A DNA stretch of 64,000 nt, taken from contig OZ231126.1 in the NCBI GenBank assembly GCA_965153355.1, forward strand, positions 36,952,001 to 37,016,000. The letters run 5' to 3'. A program made the translations under genes and the position numbers. The notes beneath the pieces were generated by a model. The model ran no database searches. It had not been told where the DNA came from and saw nothing but the letters and a program-made list of their open reading frames with translations. The stretch is from Flaccisagitta enflata. Its lineage: Eukaryota. Each line of letters begins with the position of its first letter. Positions within the stretch are counted from its first letter, which is position 1. This document shows positions 15,001-35,796 of the stretch, piece by piece.

Positions 15001-17750
15001 GCAAATTAGTCAAAAATAAGTGGAGTTTTTGTATGGACAATATTGAGAAAACAAATTCATGGATTTTGATTTTTTTAGCCTAAATCCCTTCAGAGACATC
15101 AAATGAGCACTACCCAAGTACAGGACACCCCAGGAAAATTCATTTTTCAACTTATTGACATTAGATTTTTGGTTGAAAAGCCCAAAAAATCGATTATCGA
15201 GGATGTGGTGGTACAGTATGATTTTTTTCAAATGTAACACTGGTTCCTTTGAGGCATTTCAGCTAATTTTTTTTTTTTTTCTTATCAAAGTACAATAGTC
15301 AAGGAGGGTATATACCAAAAATCAATCAGGTGCTTGCATTTTTACAGTCGTGATGCGACTTTGAAAATCCTAAAAAATCCCTTTATATTTTAGACTAGGG
15401 TTATTGTCTCCCCCCTTATAAGAGTATCTTGCTAGTATCAGATTTGTAATTTTCAGCTTGTTTTTTAATTTTTTTTGTTAGACTAGCATATAAACATGTA
15501 AACAAAATGAAAATACCCTAAAATCCTCCAAAAATACCAGAAATTTGAGAAAAATTCACTATAAAAACTCTCATTTTTGCTTAAAATGGACTATACGCCA
15601 AATAAGGTCAAATGAGTGTTTTTCAAAGCTATTTCTGACTTGTGTAGGCTATGATATACCTACTAAATGGCCCTGATTTAGTTTTCACTATTCAGAAGTC
15701 TCATTTTTCAGTTTTTATTGTTCCAGAATAGTTTTTGAAAAAATGTGAGGTGCCCCCCTCTAATAAGGCGGGAGACAACACACCTTGCGACCTCTTCTCG
15801 TCACAGGGTAGGAACTACTAGACAAAAGATGTTATTGTGAACCCAGAGGTATAGTAGGGTTGTTTAGGTTTAGTAGGCCCCTAAGATGAAATGCGTAGGG
15901 ATAGATCAAAATGATTTTTGGACTGAGATGGATGGATAAGGGTGTAAAGACCTCAAATTTGGGTAGGATGAATTAAAAAAGCAAATTAGTCAAAAATAGG
16001 TGGAGTTTGCTTGTGGACAATATTGTGAGAAAACAAATTCATGGATTTTGATTTTTTTAGCCTAAATCCCTTCAGAGACATCCAATGAGCACTACCCAAG
16101 TACAGGACACCCCAGGAAAATTCATTTTTACAACATATTGAAGTTAGATTTTTGGTTGTTGAGCCCTAAAAACGAGCCCTAAAAAGGTCATAATCGAGGA
16201 TGTGGTGGTAGGTGTGGTTGGTAAACTGGTTCCTTTGGAGGCATTTCGGCCCTAATTTTTTTTCTTATCAAAGTACAATAGTCAAGGAGCGTATATACCG
16301 AAAATCAGCCAGGTGCTTGCATTTTTACAGTCGTGATGCGACTTTGAAAATCCTTAAAAATCCCTTTATATTTTAGACTCGGGTTATTGTCTTCCCCCTT
16401 ATAAGAGTATCTTGCTAGTATCAGATTTGTAATTTTCAGCTTGTTTGTCAATTTTTTTGTTAGATTAGCATATAAACATATAAACAAGAAGAAAATACCC
16501 TAAAATCTTCAAAAAATACCTGAAATTGGAGAAAAATCCACTATAAAAACTCTCATTTTTGCTTAAAATGGACTATCGCCAAATTAGGTCAAAATGAGTG
16601 TTTTTCAAGCTATTTCTGACTTGTGAAGGCTATGATATACCTACTAAATGGCCCTGATTTGGTTTTTCACTATTCCAAAGTTTCATTTTTTCAGTTTTTT
16701 ATTGTTCCAGAATAGTTTTTGAAAAAATGTGAGTTTTCCCCCTCTAATAAGGTGGGAGACAACACCCCTTGCGACCTCTTCTTGTCACAGGGTAGGAACT
16801 ACTAAACAAAAGATGTTATTGTGAACTCAGAGGTATAGTAGGGTGGTTAGGTTTTTGTAGGCCCCTAAGATGAAATGCTTAGGGATAGATCAAAATGATT
16901 TTGGACTGAGATGGATGGATAAGGGTGTAAAGACCTCAAATTTGGGTAGGATGAATTAAAAAAGCAAATTAGTCAAAAATAGGTGGAGTTTGCTTGTGGA
17001 CAATATTGTGAGAAAACAAATTCATGGATTTTGATATTTTTAGCCTAAATCCCTTCAGAGACATCCAATGAGCACTGCCCAAGTACAGGACACCCCAGGA
17101 AAATTCATTTTTCCAACATATTGAAGTTAGATTTTTGGTTGTTGAGCCCTAAAAGGACATATTCGAGGATGTGGTGGTAGGTGTGGGTGGTAAACTGGTT
17201 CCTTTGGAGGCATTTCAGCCTATAATCTTTTTTTTTTATCAAAGTACAATAGTCAAGGAGGGTGTATACCAAAAATCAACCAGATGCTTGCATTTTTACA
17301 GTCGTGATGCGACTTTGAAAATCTAAAATCCCTTTATATTTTAGACTCAGGTTGTGTCTCCCCCCTTATTAGAGTATCTTGCTAGTATCAGATTTGTAAT
17401 TTTCATCTTGTTTGTTAATTTTTATAGTTAGACTAGCATATAAACATGTAAACAAATGAAAATACCCTAAAATCCTCCAAAAATACCTGAAATTTGAGAA
17501 AAATTCACTATAAACACTCTCATTTTTGCTTAAAATGGACTATTTCATAAAATAAGGTCAAAATAGTGTTTTTCAGCTATTTCTGACTTGTGCTGGCTAT
17601 GATATACCTACTAAATGGCCCTGATTTGGTTTTTCACTATTCCAAAGTCTCATTTTTCAGTTTTTTATTGTTCCAGAATAGTTTTTGAAAAAAATGTGAG
17701 TGCCCCCCCCCTCTAATAAGAGCGGAGACAACACCCCTTGCGACCTCTTC
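1..17750. repeat. Tandem satellite array, ~970-bp monomer, 18 full copies plus a partial 19th; runs off the window start and ends at an N gap
   Basis: The TGAAATTTGAGAAAA anchor recurs at 1, 970, 1942, 2912, 3885, 4857, 5831, 6801, 7769, 8736, 9699, 10679, 11650, 12618, 13588, 14558, ~15539, 16521 and 17488. Copies differ mostly by homopolymer indels and scattered SNPs. Confidence 0.98.
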
Positions 17751-17760
17751 NNNNNNNNNN
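17751..17760. other. Assembly gap (10 N)
   Basis: Run of n between the satellite and the unique sequence. Confidence 0.99.
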
Positions 17761-18182
17761 CCATCACCATCACCATCACCATCAATTCAACCGTCAACGT
17801 AACAACACCATCTGCTCAAATTCATCCAAAAGTTGTAAGTAGAAAACGATTGAGTCGGCAAAGAGTCATCAAACGAAAAACCCTTTTATGCAAATCAACT
17901 TTGTTTGTCTTTTACAACCGATGAATGGAAATGTAAGAGAGAGAGAGAGCCCCAGAGCAAGTAAATCTTAGCCAAATGGAGTGCTCAATGGCTGCGTCCA
18001 CTTGTATTTCGAGATGAGGACTGCCAGCGGCTTTTTCTTTTGTTGTTGTTGTTGTTGTTGTTGTTGCTGTTGTTGTTATTTGTTATTTATTTATTGTTGT
18101 TATTTGTTATTTGTTGTTGTTGTTGATTTATTTATTTATTTGTTTTAGTTTTCGTTGTCTTTGGCGTTGTCGTGGTTGTCGT

Positions 18183-18535
18183 TTTTGGGCAGCGGCCCTG
18201 AAGGGGTCGATGACCTATGCTTTCACACAGAGGAATTTTCTCCTTCTCCTCCTTTGTCCCCCCCCCCAACTCCAGGTCCATATCTCAGCCTCAAGGCCCA
18301 TATCCAAGCCTTGAGGCCCAAATCCCAGTCTTGAGGCCCAAATCCCAACCCCGAGGCCCAAATCCCAACTTAAAGCCAAAATCCCATCTTCAAGACCCAA
18401 ATCCCAACCTCAAGGGATTTGAGCCTCAAGACTGGGATTTAGGCCTCTAGGCTGGGATATGGGCCTTGGGGCTAAGATATGGTTGGGGGAGGGAGGACGG
18501 AGAAGGAGGAGGAGAAGGAGAAAATTCTCCTGTGT
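18183..18535. mobile_element. MITE-like family A copy (long TIR, internal 20-bp minisatellite in both orientations), right TIR truncated
   Basis: Left end GGCAGCGGCCCTGAAGGGGTCGATGACCTATGCTTTCACACAGAGGAATTTTCTCC. TTGAGGCCCAAATCCCAGCC-type units are followed by their reverse complement. The right end GAGAAAATTCTCCTGTGTG is cut off. Same family at ~38955, ~62555 and ~63787. Confidence 0.75.
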
Positions 18536-18799
18536 GCACTGTAGGAAATTGTGTTCGCGAAAGGCACCGATTTGGTTATTTTCTTAGCGAAAGGCAAAAC
18601 TAGGCAAATCGTAGCGAAACGGGACGATCATATGGAAAAAAAACGAAAAAATTGCGTTTTTTTTTTGCGAAAGACTGAAAAAGTAATTCTCTTAGGCTCC
18701 TCTTAGCGAAATTTGAAATTTTTACGGTCTTTCGCTAAAATTTAACCAGATTCCGGTTGCCCGAGTCGTTGCGTACGGATCTGCCGCTGCTGCTGATGC

Positions 18800-19140
18800 T
18801 GGCGCTGCTTATTAGCGAAAGGGACCGTTTTTGGTCCAAATCTGACCTGGCTCGCTGGAGCGTACGGTGACGTCACTTTGGATCTGCAGCGGCTGCTGAT
18901 GCGGGTGCTGCCTATTAGCGAAAGGGACCATTTTGGCCAAAATCTGACTTAGCTTGCTTGGTCGCAGGAGACATTTTACTGATCTGCAGCTGCTGCTGAA
19001 GCGGGCACTGCATATTAGCGAAAGGGACCATTTCAGGTCCGAATCAGACCGGGCTCGCTCGGTCGCAGGAGACATTTTACTGATCTGCCGCAGCTGCTGA
19101 TGCGGACGCTGCATATTAGCTAGCGAATGGCACCATTTTG
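18800..19140. repeat. ~103-bp tandem repeat, about 3.5 degenerate copies
   Basis: GCTGC.TATTAGCGAAAGGGACC recurs near 18804, 18908, 19008 and 19108. Confidence 0.7.
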
Positions 19141-19192
19141 CTCGCGCACTGGAGTAGAATATAGCGTGTGATGCTGCTGTCTAAGATCAGAA

Positions 19193-19260
19193 GCTGTGGT
19201 GGCCACTTCGGTAAGGGAGCGGACATCAAGTATCAATGCCAGTGGATCGAATCCCGAAGG
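19193..19260 (+). pseudogene. Degenerate tRNA-like sequence (tRNA pseudogene or SINE head)
   Basis: GCTGTGGTGGCCACTTCGGTAAGG resembles a tRNA 5' end with an A box. GGATCGAATCCC is B-box-like at tRNA-like spacing. The acceptor stem cannot be closed. Confidence 0.35.
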
Positions 19261-19683
19261 TAAAATCAATGTAATCCAAAAGTGGATGATACGAAAGAAG
19301 AATGCGTATGTTCGCCTACGTAACTAATAAAAACAAATGGCACAAAATACAAGGCGCAACCATATGGTTACCCATCTAGCGTTCAATATAAGAAATGGCG
19401 AGAAACAAAAGACGCGGGCATTGAATAATCGAAAAAGAGAAAAAGCCAAAAGCACACAAAAGAGACAAGATCACACATACTTAATAGACGGACGGACATA
19501 CATTTCTAACAATGTCAGATAGAGGAAGGAAGTCGTTGGCTTTCAAGGGAATTCATCCAAAATCCTTTTCACTCATAGCTTAGTAGAAAAAAACTATAAA
19601 AAAAAAAAAAAACAAAGAAAATTCTAAACTTCATGGAATATGCAGGGTAAGACCCCTTTTTAGCCTTTCCCAGCGGCACGAGT

Positions 19684-20045
19684 TTTTAGATGCGTCATCG
19701 CATCTCTATAAGAGGGTTTGTCCGTCCGTCCGTCCGTCTGTCCTTCCGTCCGTCTGTCCGTCGGTCGGTCGGTCCGTCCGTCCGTTACGCCTGTGCAAAA
19801 ACCGCGGTTTTCAGCCGTTTTCGGCCACGACGAGATCCTACACTGAATCTACTGCGAGACAAACATGAGAGCCTCCATAAAGATTTTTTGTGTGCTTCTG
19901 TCATGTCATGACGAATAAAATGTCATTCATTACTACTCTTGTCGTTCCATCTGTCTGTTTGTCCATCTGTCAATCCATATGTGTCACATGATCAATATAA
20001 GCAAAGACACAGTTTGGACGCATCGTTGCAGGTTCGGGCTTGTTA
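19684..20045 (+). mobile_element. DINE-1/HINE-like element, GATGCG subfamily
   Basis: TTTTAGATGCGTCATCGCATCTCTATAAGAGG, then a (GTCC)n tract, then the end GACGCATCGTTGCAGGTTCGGGCTTGTT. Confidence 0.7.
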
Positions 20046-20168
20046 TTCATGTCTACGATATCGCCGCTTTTTTGCACAAGCGTAACTGACGGTCGGACGG
20101 ATGGACGAATGGACCCTCTACAAAACGCATCTAAAACATGACAGTGAGACAAAGTCCCCCTCCCTCGC

Positions 20169-20582
<414 letters not shown>

Positions 20583-21351
20583 ACACGAGGCGGAGGGACG
20601 TAAAGCTTATCAGTTGATGATATCATCTGTAGTTTGGTAAAGAAGAATACTTTTAGCTATTCAACTACTTAAAGGATGGGATTGTTACTTACTTTTCTGT
20701 TATGGTAACTGACGTTTGATGAATAAGTATTAGCTTCCTTTTCAATCTCAGCAAATACTGTAGATAGATTGCGGTTTGATTGCTTACACATTTTGCGATA
20801 CTTTGCTTGATATGATTACCTGATTTTTACCTCATTTAATGATCAGGTGTGATAAGCTTATCAGAAAGTGTGTTGTAGTGAATTGCTGAGGGGTCTTTTG
20901 CCGTACAAAATAATCAAACATCGACGTCAAGATTATCCAATTATCCTTTCTCCCATCTCTTCAAGATAAGAAGTCAATAAGTCAGAAACCCTTTTCAAGA
21001 GACTAAGATGGCGTGCAGACAGATGTGGAGTTGGCTGCCTGAGCAAGTTAGTCATTCTGCCACGTCGCGACATGCACACGCATGGAGACGCTGTCCACTC
21101 ACTTGGACAGTGCACAATTAGTCAAGACACTACAAGTCTGGATCCCTAAAGAGACAGGTCCGTAGTCACTGTGCCCGATAGTCGCATTTACACCGATTCA
21201 ACCGTGAACAATATCCTTCGTTTACAATGGCGCATCTGCCAAACTTCCCATGGTAAGCAGCCGTGGGAGAAGACTCAAGTACATCTGTCTATCCAGTCGC
21301 CTCTCTTTGGCATGGAGCCACTTCTCTCCGGCAAACTAAGAAAAGAAGTTA

Positions 21352-21534
21352 TTTTTCTGTTGCGGACACACAACTCTATAAGAGGCTATGTCTGTCCGTC
21401 CTCCGTCCGTCCGTCGATCGGTCCTTCCGTCCGTTTGTCGGTCCGTCCGTCAGCACAAGTCGAAAAGTGGGAAAACGGGCATATCTGCCCCGGCCCACCC
21501 ATCCGCAACTGGTGGCCGTGTATCCGGCCTTGTT
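21352..21534 (+). mobile_element. HINE-like element, GTTGCG subfamily
   Basis: GTTGCGGACACACAACTCTATAAGAGG, then (GTCC)n, then CCGCAACTGGTGGCCGTGTATCCGGCCTTGTT. Confidence 0.7.
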
Positions 21535-22045
21535 AAGATGAACTACTTATATTTCTGAAAAATTTGAATTTAATTTATTTTTTAGAAAAGAAACTTGAAT
21601 GAAACTGTTTTCGAAAATGGCCAAAGCTGAATCTCAGCCTGGGCATTCTCTTATTTTGTTCTTAAAATTTCGGCAAATCTCAAGCTCATGTCTCTTATAA
21701 ACTTGTCTCTTATATAAAAAAAAGTGTAGTACACAAGATCAAGCACTAAGTGATCGAATCCTTTTGGAACTCCTCAGCTTTGGATGGGCCTGCTGCTAAT
21801 CTGAAGAGCGCAGTATCCTGATGGGCCAGTTGCTAGTCAGAATTGTGCGGAGGAAGCTCAAGCTTTTTGATTGGTCTCGGATTATTTCATTTCTCCTTTC
21901 ACCTCCTTTACAAACAGTAGTGGCCCTTAGGCCAGTGGCCGCTATTAGTGGAAGTTCCTAGACGAAACAACATTTACAAAACAACGATGCTCTACATTCT
22001 ACACCTACTCCTTTGACTTTCTGAGATGGAACTTTACAAAGAAGA

Positions 22046-30098
<8,053 letters not shown>

Positions 30099-31649
30099 TT
30101 ATCATTACTTGAAGACTGTTTGTTATCTTTGGTTCTTGTTAATTCATAACTCGATCATGATGGTCATTAACCCTCATTAAAACCGTTATCATATTGTTCA
30201 ATATCGATATCTTTTTAGATGCGTCCTCGCATCTCTAAAAGAGGGTCTGTCCGTCCGTCCATTGCACTATGGTCTGAAACGGTGTCATCTTCAGCCAAAA
30301 CCTCTGAATTATGGATGTCTCCTAAAAATTCATTTTAATGCATTTCTGTACAATATATATTAATTTTTTTCCATTTTTGCCAAAATTTTTCAGTTATAAT
30401 AATATAATTTTGCTTATTCAAAAGTGTTAAATATGCTTTTTATATAAAAATATTTTTTAAGATTTTCTATTAATCACTTCAAATTTTTTTAAAACACTAG
30501 CAATGGGGGCTATTGCTGTGAGGAAAAAAGTTGTAAGCATAAGCCACTTTCCAAACTTTTGTCTTCAATCATTGCAATTTTTTTAGCTGTTAGATTTGAT
30601 CAAGAGCAATTGTATTGATTGTACTGAAAAACAGAGAAAAATATAACTACGCAAAGTAAACTAGATGGAATGAAATACTTAAAATCACTCGCACAGATGA
30701 CTAGCTATGCTCATAGACATGCTTTCTTGTATTTGCATGCTCAAACAAGCATAGATACACTCTTTTATTGATCCTAAATAAAATCAGAATAAAATTCAGA
30801 AAAAAAAACAATTTGAATTTCTTGTAAATGAATCTTTTAAAAAATCATAACTTGAAAAATATTTGTCGTAGAGAATTCTGCTTGGCACCAAATGAAAGGG
30901 AATTATCAAATTTACTCAGCCTATCAATTTCCACAATCAGCCGGATGAGATACTTATTTTACTGTAAAATATATATGTTTGAATCAATAACAAGCGGAAC
31001 AACATAGAAAACATACTAAAATTGTTAATCATTATCTGAATTAACTAATACATACTAATAGATGAAATGAAAAAATAAGTTTTTGAAAAAGATCATAATT
31101 ATCAAAAATAATTATATTTTTTTACTTTTGTCCCATATTTTAGTTGGTTCAACCCAATGTGCAGAAAATTTGAGAAATAAAGTGAACATCCCTCACAACT
31201 TGAATCCATTTAATCCTGCATAGATTTTTACATAGGAAATTGCCAAGACGTTGACATCCCCCCCTCTAAGAACAAATGAATTAATGAATGAATAAATGAA
31301 TAAATAGATAAATGAATAAATAAATGATTTGGTAAGTGAACAAACGGAAACTGAACAAAAGCGTGAATGCGTGTTTATTGAATGATGATAATGTTAACGG
31401 GGTTTCGGCATGGTCACAAATGGCGTTAATCCATCCTTCCCTGACTCCCCTTTTCCACACTGATATGTGAGTTTTCACACTTGATCATAATGGACTGACC
31501 AATGGGCCGACAAAAATACGGACCAACTGAGCCAAAAAGTTGGAATTGAAACAATTAGATATTCTTGCCCAAAGAATACAAACCTCTGATAAATGAATGT
31601 GCCTCTGCGTCGACTTTTCCCTTCTTCTGGTTTGATTTCTCCCTGTCCT

Positions 31650-31925
31650 TTTTTTCTTTTTCCCTTTTCTCCGTCTCATTCCACCTTGTCTTCCTATCTT
31701 CCTTCCTTCGCCTTTCTATCTAGTCCTTCCTTCTTCTTCTTCTTCTTCTTCTCCTTCTTCTTCTTCATCTTCTTCTTCTTTTTCTTCTTCTTCTTCTTCT
31801 TCTTCTTCTTCTTCTTCTTCCTCTTCTATCGCTTCTTCAATCAGCAAATTTCTTTTTCCCTTTTCTCCGTCTCATTCCACCTTGTCTTCCTATCTTCCTT
31901 CCTTCGCCTTTCTATCTAGTCCTTC

Positions 31926-31959
<34 letters not shown>

Positions 31960-32100
31960 ATCTTCTTCTTCTTCTTCTTCTTCTTCTTCTTCTTCTTCTT
32001 CTTCTTCTTCCTCTTCTATCGCTTCTTCAATCAGCAAATGGGTTAAATGAATGAATGAATGAATGAATGAATGAATGAATGAATGAATGAATGAATGAAT
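31650..32100. repeat. Tandemly duplicated (TTC)n-containing segment followed by (GAAT)n
   Basis: TCCCTTTTCTCCGTCTCATTCCACC...TCAATCAGCAAAT occurs twice, ~196 bp apart. Confidence 0.85.
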
Positions 32101-32614
32101 TAATGCGGGAACACCTGGAGGGCCAAAGGATAGTGCAAACACATTAAAATTGACCGTTAGACATGGATTCTGCTAATAGACCAAACTCATTTTGGCTTAA
32201 TTTACATATTCCAAGTACTGGAAATCCCTTGAAAAGCGCCCTTGGGCGGGACCGGGCGGTGATCAAACTGTTCCCCATTTGTTCCAAACTCAATCAGCGA
32301 TATAAACGAAGTGGTCTTATGCTGTGCATTACTGTGCGAAAAAAGAAAAGTATGTTTTACTGGTGCTTCATTTGCAATTTCAGGCGTATAATTCGATCAC
32401 TCACTGGGGACATAAAACTTTAGAAAAAAAGTGAGATTTTTGGGCTGTAACAGTGGAAAGCCATGAATTAATGGGCCCTAGAGTAAAAATGTGCAAAATA
32501 TTTGATTTGCACCCAAAATGAACGATTTCTGTCAACACTCGATTTTCACAGAATCTGGAAGGCCACTGACCTCTCTGGTAATCAGGCCTAGTAAGGACAT
32601 CCCATTTGATGAAA

Positions 32615-32892
32615 AACAAGCCCGACCAGGCAACGATGCGTCCGGGCCGTGTCTCTGTGTGTTTGGATCATGTGTATATGGAGAGACAGATGGACGAACA
32701 GACGGGTGAAATGACTAAGTGGTAAAGGAGGCTGTCAAAACATGTTGGTTGATCATTTGTTTCAGTATAGGATCTCACAGTGGCCAAAAACAATCAAGAA
32801 ACGCGGTTTTTGCACTTGCGTAACGGACATACGGACGGACCGACGGACAGACCCTCTTATAGAGATGCGTTCCTGACGGACGCATCTAAAAA
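32615..32892 (-). mobile_element. HINE-like element, GATGCG subfamily
   Basis: AACAAGCCCGACCAGGCAACGATGCGTCC...CCCTCTTATAGAGATGCGTTCCTGACGGACGCATCTAAAA. Confidence 0.75.
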
Positions 32893-33948
32893 CAATACAA
32901 ATGTGGATTTGAATACGTAGACATACATACTTCAATATGACAACAGAGAAAAACGCAATTTCAAATGTCGTGTTTTCGCGGTTTTAGCTGACGATTTGCC
33001 TGTAGAAACGAATGTGCATTGGTCCGTTGGTCCGTCCGTTACGCAAGTGCTAAAACCGCGTTTCTCAGCTGTTTTTGGCCACGTTGAGATCCTTTACTGA
33101 AACAAATGATCAACCAACATATTTTAAAAGCCTCCTTTACTATTTAGTCATTCCACCCATCTGTTCGTCCATCTGTCTCTCCATACATATCACATAATCT
33201 ATACACGCAAAGACACAGCCCAGACGCATCGTTGCCCGGTCGGTTATTATCTACCTAGCGGTAAGCAAGCCCGATCGGGCAACGATCTCTTCATGGCCCA
33301 AAAGCAAGAACAGCCGAGGAAGCGGTTTTTGCACCGGTGTAACGGACGGACATACTGACCAATGGACGGACAGACCCTCTTATAGAGATGCGTTCCTGAG
33401 CGTCTTCCTCTCTCTTGTAAACAAAACCATATTCTATACGAAACCATATTCTATCGAAACTTGGTTACCCAAAATTTGTCAAAGGAACCATCACTTATCT
33501 AGTGAGGATGCGACAGCATTTGAAACTGAAATCAAGCTGTAACGACTAACTACAGATGAGCTCCACTAGAGCGCATTTTAAAGGACTGGACAAGATAACA
33601 CCTAACAATGAAGCAGCCTTAGTGCCATAAATAAATAATAAAAAAAATCTCTGATGGAACATTAAGTTCTATGCCTTTTAGGCCGGTATGCTATACCAGT
33701 AATGGTGGCTATCGCCGTGATGGAAAACGTCATAAGCATTGGTCATTTTTCACCAAGCTTTTGTCTTCAGTCACTGCAATCTTTTTATATTTGTTACATC
33801 AAATCAAGAGCAATTGTATGTATTGATTGCACTGAAAATCAGAAAAAATGAGACTAGATTAGATTAGATTAGAATGTAGATCTCCTAGGTCAGCCAGCGG
33901 CTGACATGGCGGAGTCGTCGTTGTCGTCATTGATGGGACGATGTTCCT

Positions 33949-35796
33949 TCAAGTCAGTTTCGTCTCACTTCTCTCCTCTCTTGGGTTGTCATCATCCACT
34001 ATCGGATGTTGGTTGTTTCTCCATCTGTCATAAGCGTTTTTGAAACCGTTGATTGACGTAGTGTTTTTTACTTCCTCCGGCAGTTCATTCCACTGTTGCG
34101 CCGCTCGGATAGAGAAGAAGTTGCGACATGTTTCTAGTCTCGCACGTTCTACTTGTAACACCGACTGTTTTTTCACCACTTTGCCGCCTTCCGCCACTGC
34201 ATTCGTTCGTGTTGGTCGGGCATTTTCCGGTATCTCTTGGAACCAATTTTCCTTGGATACTTGGTTGAACCCTTTTAAGACTTTGAAGGTCTGAATCATG
34301 TCTCCTCTTGCTCGCCTTTCCTTCAATGTAGTGAGGCCTGCATCTTTGAGCTTCTCTTCGTAAGTGTCTCCCTTTACATCAGAGAGCATTCTTATCAGTC
34401 TCTCCTGAATTTTTTCCAGACACTTGATGTCTGATTCCAGCCACGGGTTCCATGCTGATACAGCATGTTCCAATCGAGGTCGTACGAACATTTTGTAGAG
34501 AGGGACCAGATTTATTTTCTTTCGAAAATGAAATGCCCGCTGGATCTGTCCCAGAGCAAAATTTGCCGATTTTGCTGCTGCGTTGCATTGTTTCGACGGC
34601 TTCATCGTATCTTCCACCAAGACTCCCAAATCTTTTTCTTCCTTGACTTCTTCCACTTCTTCGCCATTCAAGAAGTATCGATATCTGGGATTCGTTCTGC
34701 CAACATGCAGGACTTTGCATTTTTTGACGTTAAAGGACATTCCCCATTTTTTTGCCCACGCTCCAAAGCTATCAATGATTGTCTGCATATGTCTCCCATC
34801 TTCCTCCGTTTCAATGATCTTCGCTGCCTTGGTGTCGTCGGCAAACTTCCAAACAAGCGCTCCCAGGGCTGCTAAGTCGATGTCATCAATGAATATATCG
34901 AACAATATTCCGCCGAGTACAGATCCCTGCACCACACTGCTCAGTACCTCGAGCCACTCCGAAAACTCGTCTTCCACTCTCACCCTTTGCTTCCTGCCCT
35001 TCAGCCAATCCTCCAGCCATTTCAACACTTTTCCTCCGATCCCGGCTTCTTTTAGTTTTACCAATAAGCGTTTGTGACAGACTTTGTCAAACGCTTTGGC
35101 AAAATCACAATACAATATGTCAAAATTTTTTCCCTCGTCGAGCCACTTCGTCGTTACGTTCAAATACTCAATGAGATTTGTCTGTGTTGAGCGTCCATTC
35201 CTAAATCCGTGTTGGGAATCTGAGAGTCGTCTATTTGATTCGATGTAGTTAGTCAGCGCAACCTGTACGACTCGTTCCATTGTTTTCCCAACTACGTTTG
35301 TGAGGCTCACAGGTCTATAATTACCTGGATCGGATTTTTTGCCTTTTTTGAACAATGGCGTCACATTTGCCTCTCTCCAATCATCGGGTATCTTTCCTTT
35401 TTCCAGTGATTTCCTGAAGAGTATAGTCAGTGGGCAAATCAATTCCTCTTTCAATTCCTTGATAACCTTTGGAGGAATGTTATCCGGTCCCGGCGCTGAA
35501 TATTCTTTGAGTTTGTTAATAGCTTCATTTACCATTTCTTCCGTAATCTCAATATCTGTCATTTCTTCACTTCCGTCTGTAAGCACTCTCGGTGTCGGTG
35601 GTTCTTCTTGTGTCGTCGTGAAAACAGATGAGAAGTATTCATTCATTACCGCCGCTTGCTCTTTGGGGTCAATGATTATATCTTTTGTTTCATTTATAAG
35701 CGGTCCAATTCTGCTTCTCGTCTTTTTAGCTCTGTTGATATGCGAGTAGAAGATTTTCAGATTCGTCTTTCTAAATTTTACAATGTTTTTTTTCAA
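33949..35796 (-). CDS. LINE ORF2, reverse transcriptase part (frameshifted from the endonuclease part)
   Basis: APGPDNIPP, WREANVTPLFKKG, NYRPVSLT, QHGFRNGRS, YCDFAKAFDKV, VVQGSVLG, FADD, and a CR1-type C-terminus FFSIRAAQQWNELP. Confidence 0.93.
   Translation of the reverse strand: MKKNIVKFRKTNLKIFYSHINRAKKTRSRIGPLINETKDIIIDPKEQAAVMNEYFSSVFTTTQEEPPTPRVLTDGSEEMTDIEITEEMVNEAINKLKEYSAPGPDNIPPKVIKELKEELICPLTILFRKSLEKGKIPDDWREANVTPLFKKGKKSDPGNYRPVSLTNVVGKTMERVVQVALTNYIESNRRLSDSQHGFRNGRSTQTNLIEYLNVTTKWLDEGKNFDILYCDFAKAFDKVCHKRLLVKLKEAGIGGKVLKWLEDWLKGRKQRVRVEDEFSEWLEVLSSVVQGSVLGGILFDIFIDDIDLAALGALVWKFADDTKAAKIIETEEDGRHMQTIIDSFGAWAKKWGMSFNVKKCKVLHVGRTNPRYRYFLNGEEVEEVKEEKDLGVLVEDTMKPSKQCNAAAKSANFALGQIQRAFHFRKKINLVPLYKMFVRPRLEHAVSAWNPWLESDIKCLEKIQERLIRMLSDVKGDTYEEKLKDAGLTTLKERRARGDMIQTFKVLKGFNQVSKENWFQEIPENARPTRTNAVAEGGKVVKKQSVLQVERARLETCRNFFSIRAAQQWNELPEEVKNTTSINGFKNAYDRWRNNQHPIVDDDNPREERSETKLT

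Larger units (their letters stand above)
30265..33016. mobile_element. Transib-like non-autonomous composite insertion splitting a HINE copy (30213-30264 and 33017-33245)
   Basis: Starts CACTATGG and ends ...AATGTG, with a 5-bp CATTG duplication on both sides. The host HINE's GTCC tract resumes at 33017. The TIR match beyond CAC/GTG is weak. Confidence 0.55.

Noticed and set aside
1623..17750. Short recurring ORFs in the satellite (e.g. VVGVGGKLVPLEAFQP)
   Set aside because: The frames open and close with homopolymer length between copies, most lack ATG starts, and there is no recognisable domain.
1..17750. CRISPR array, rDNA/5S array or histone-gene array
   Set aside because: There are no unique spacers and no recognisable rRNA, snRNA or histone sequence in the monomer.
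15000..17750. Higher divergence of the last satellite copies as an evolutionary edge gradient
   Set aside because: The copies abut an assembly gap and the changes look like low-coverage consensus errors; the two cannot be told apart here.
20930..21340. Coding-like, balanced-GC stretch upstream of DUF229 (similar stretches at ~56100-56360 and ~57600-57820)
   Set aside because: I found no recognisable protein motif or consistent exon chain; a translated search would be needed.
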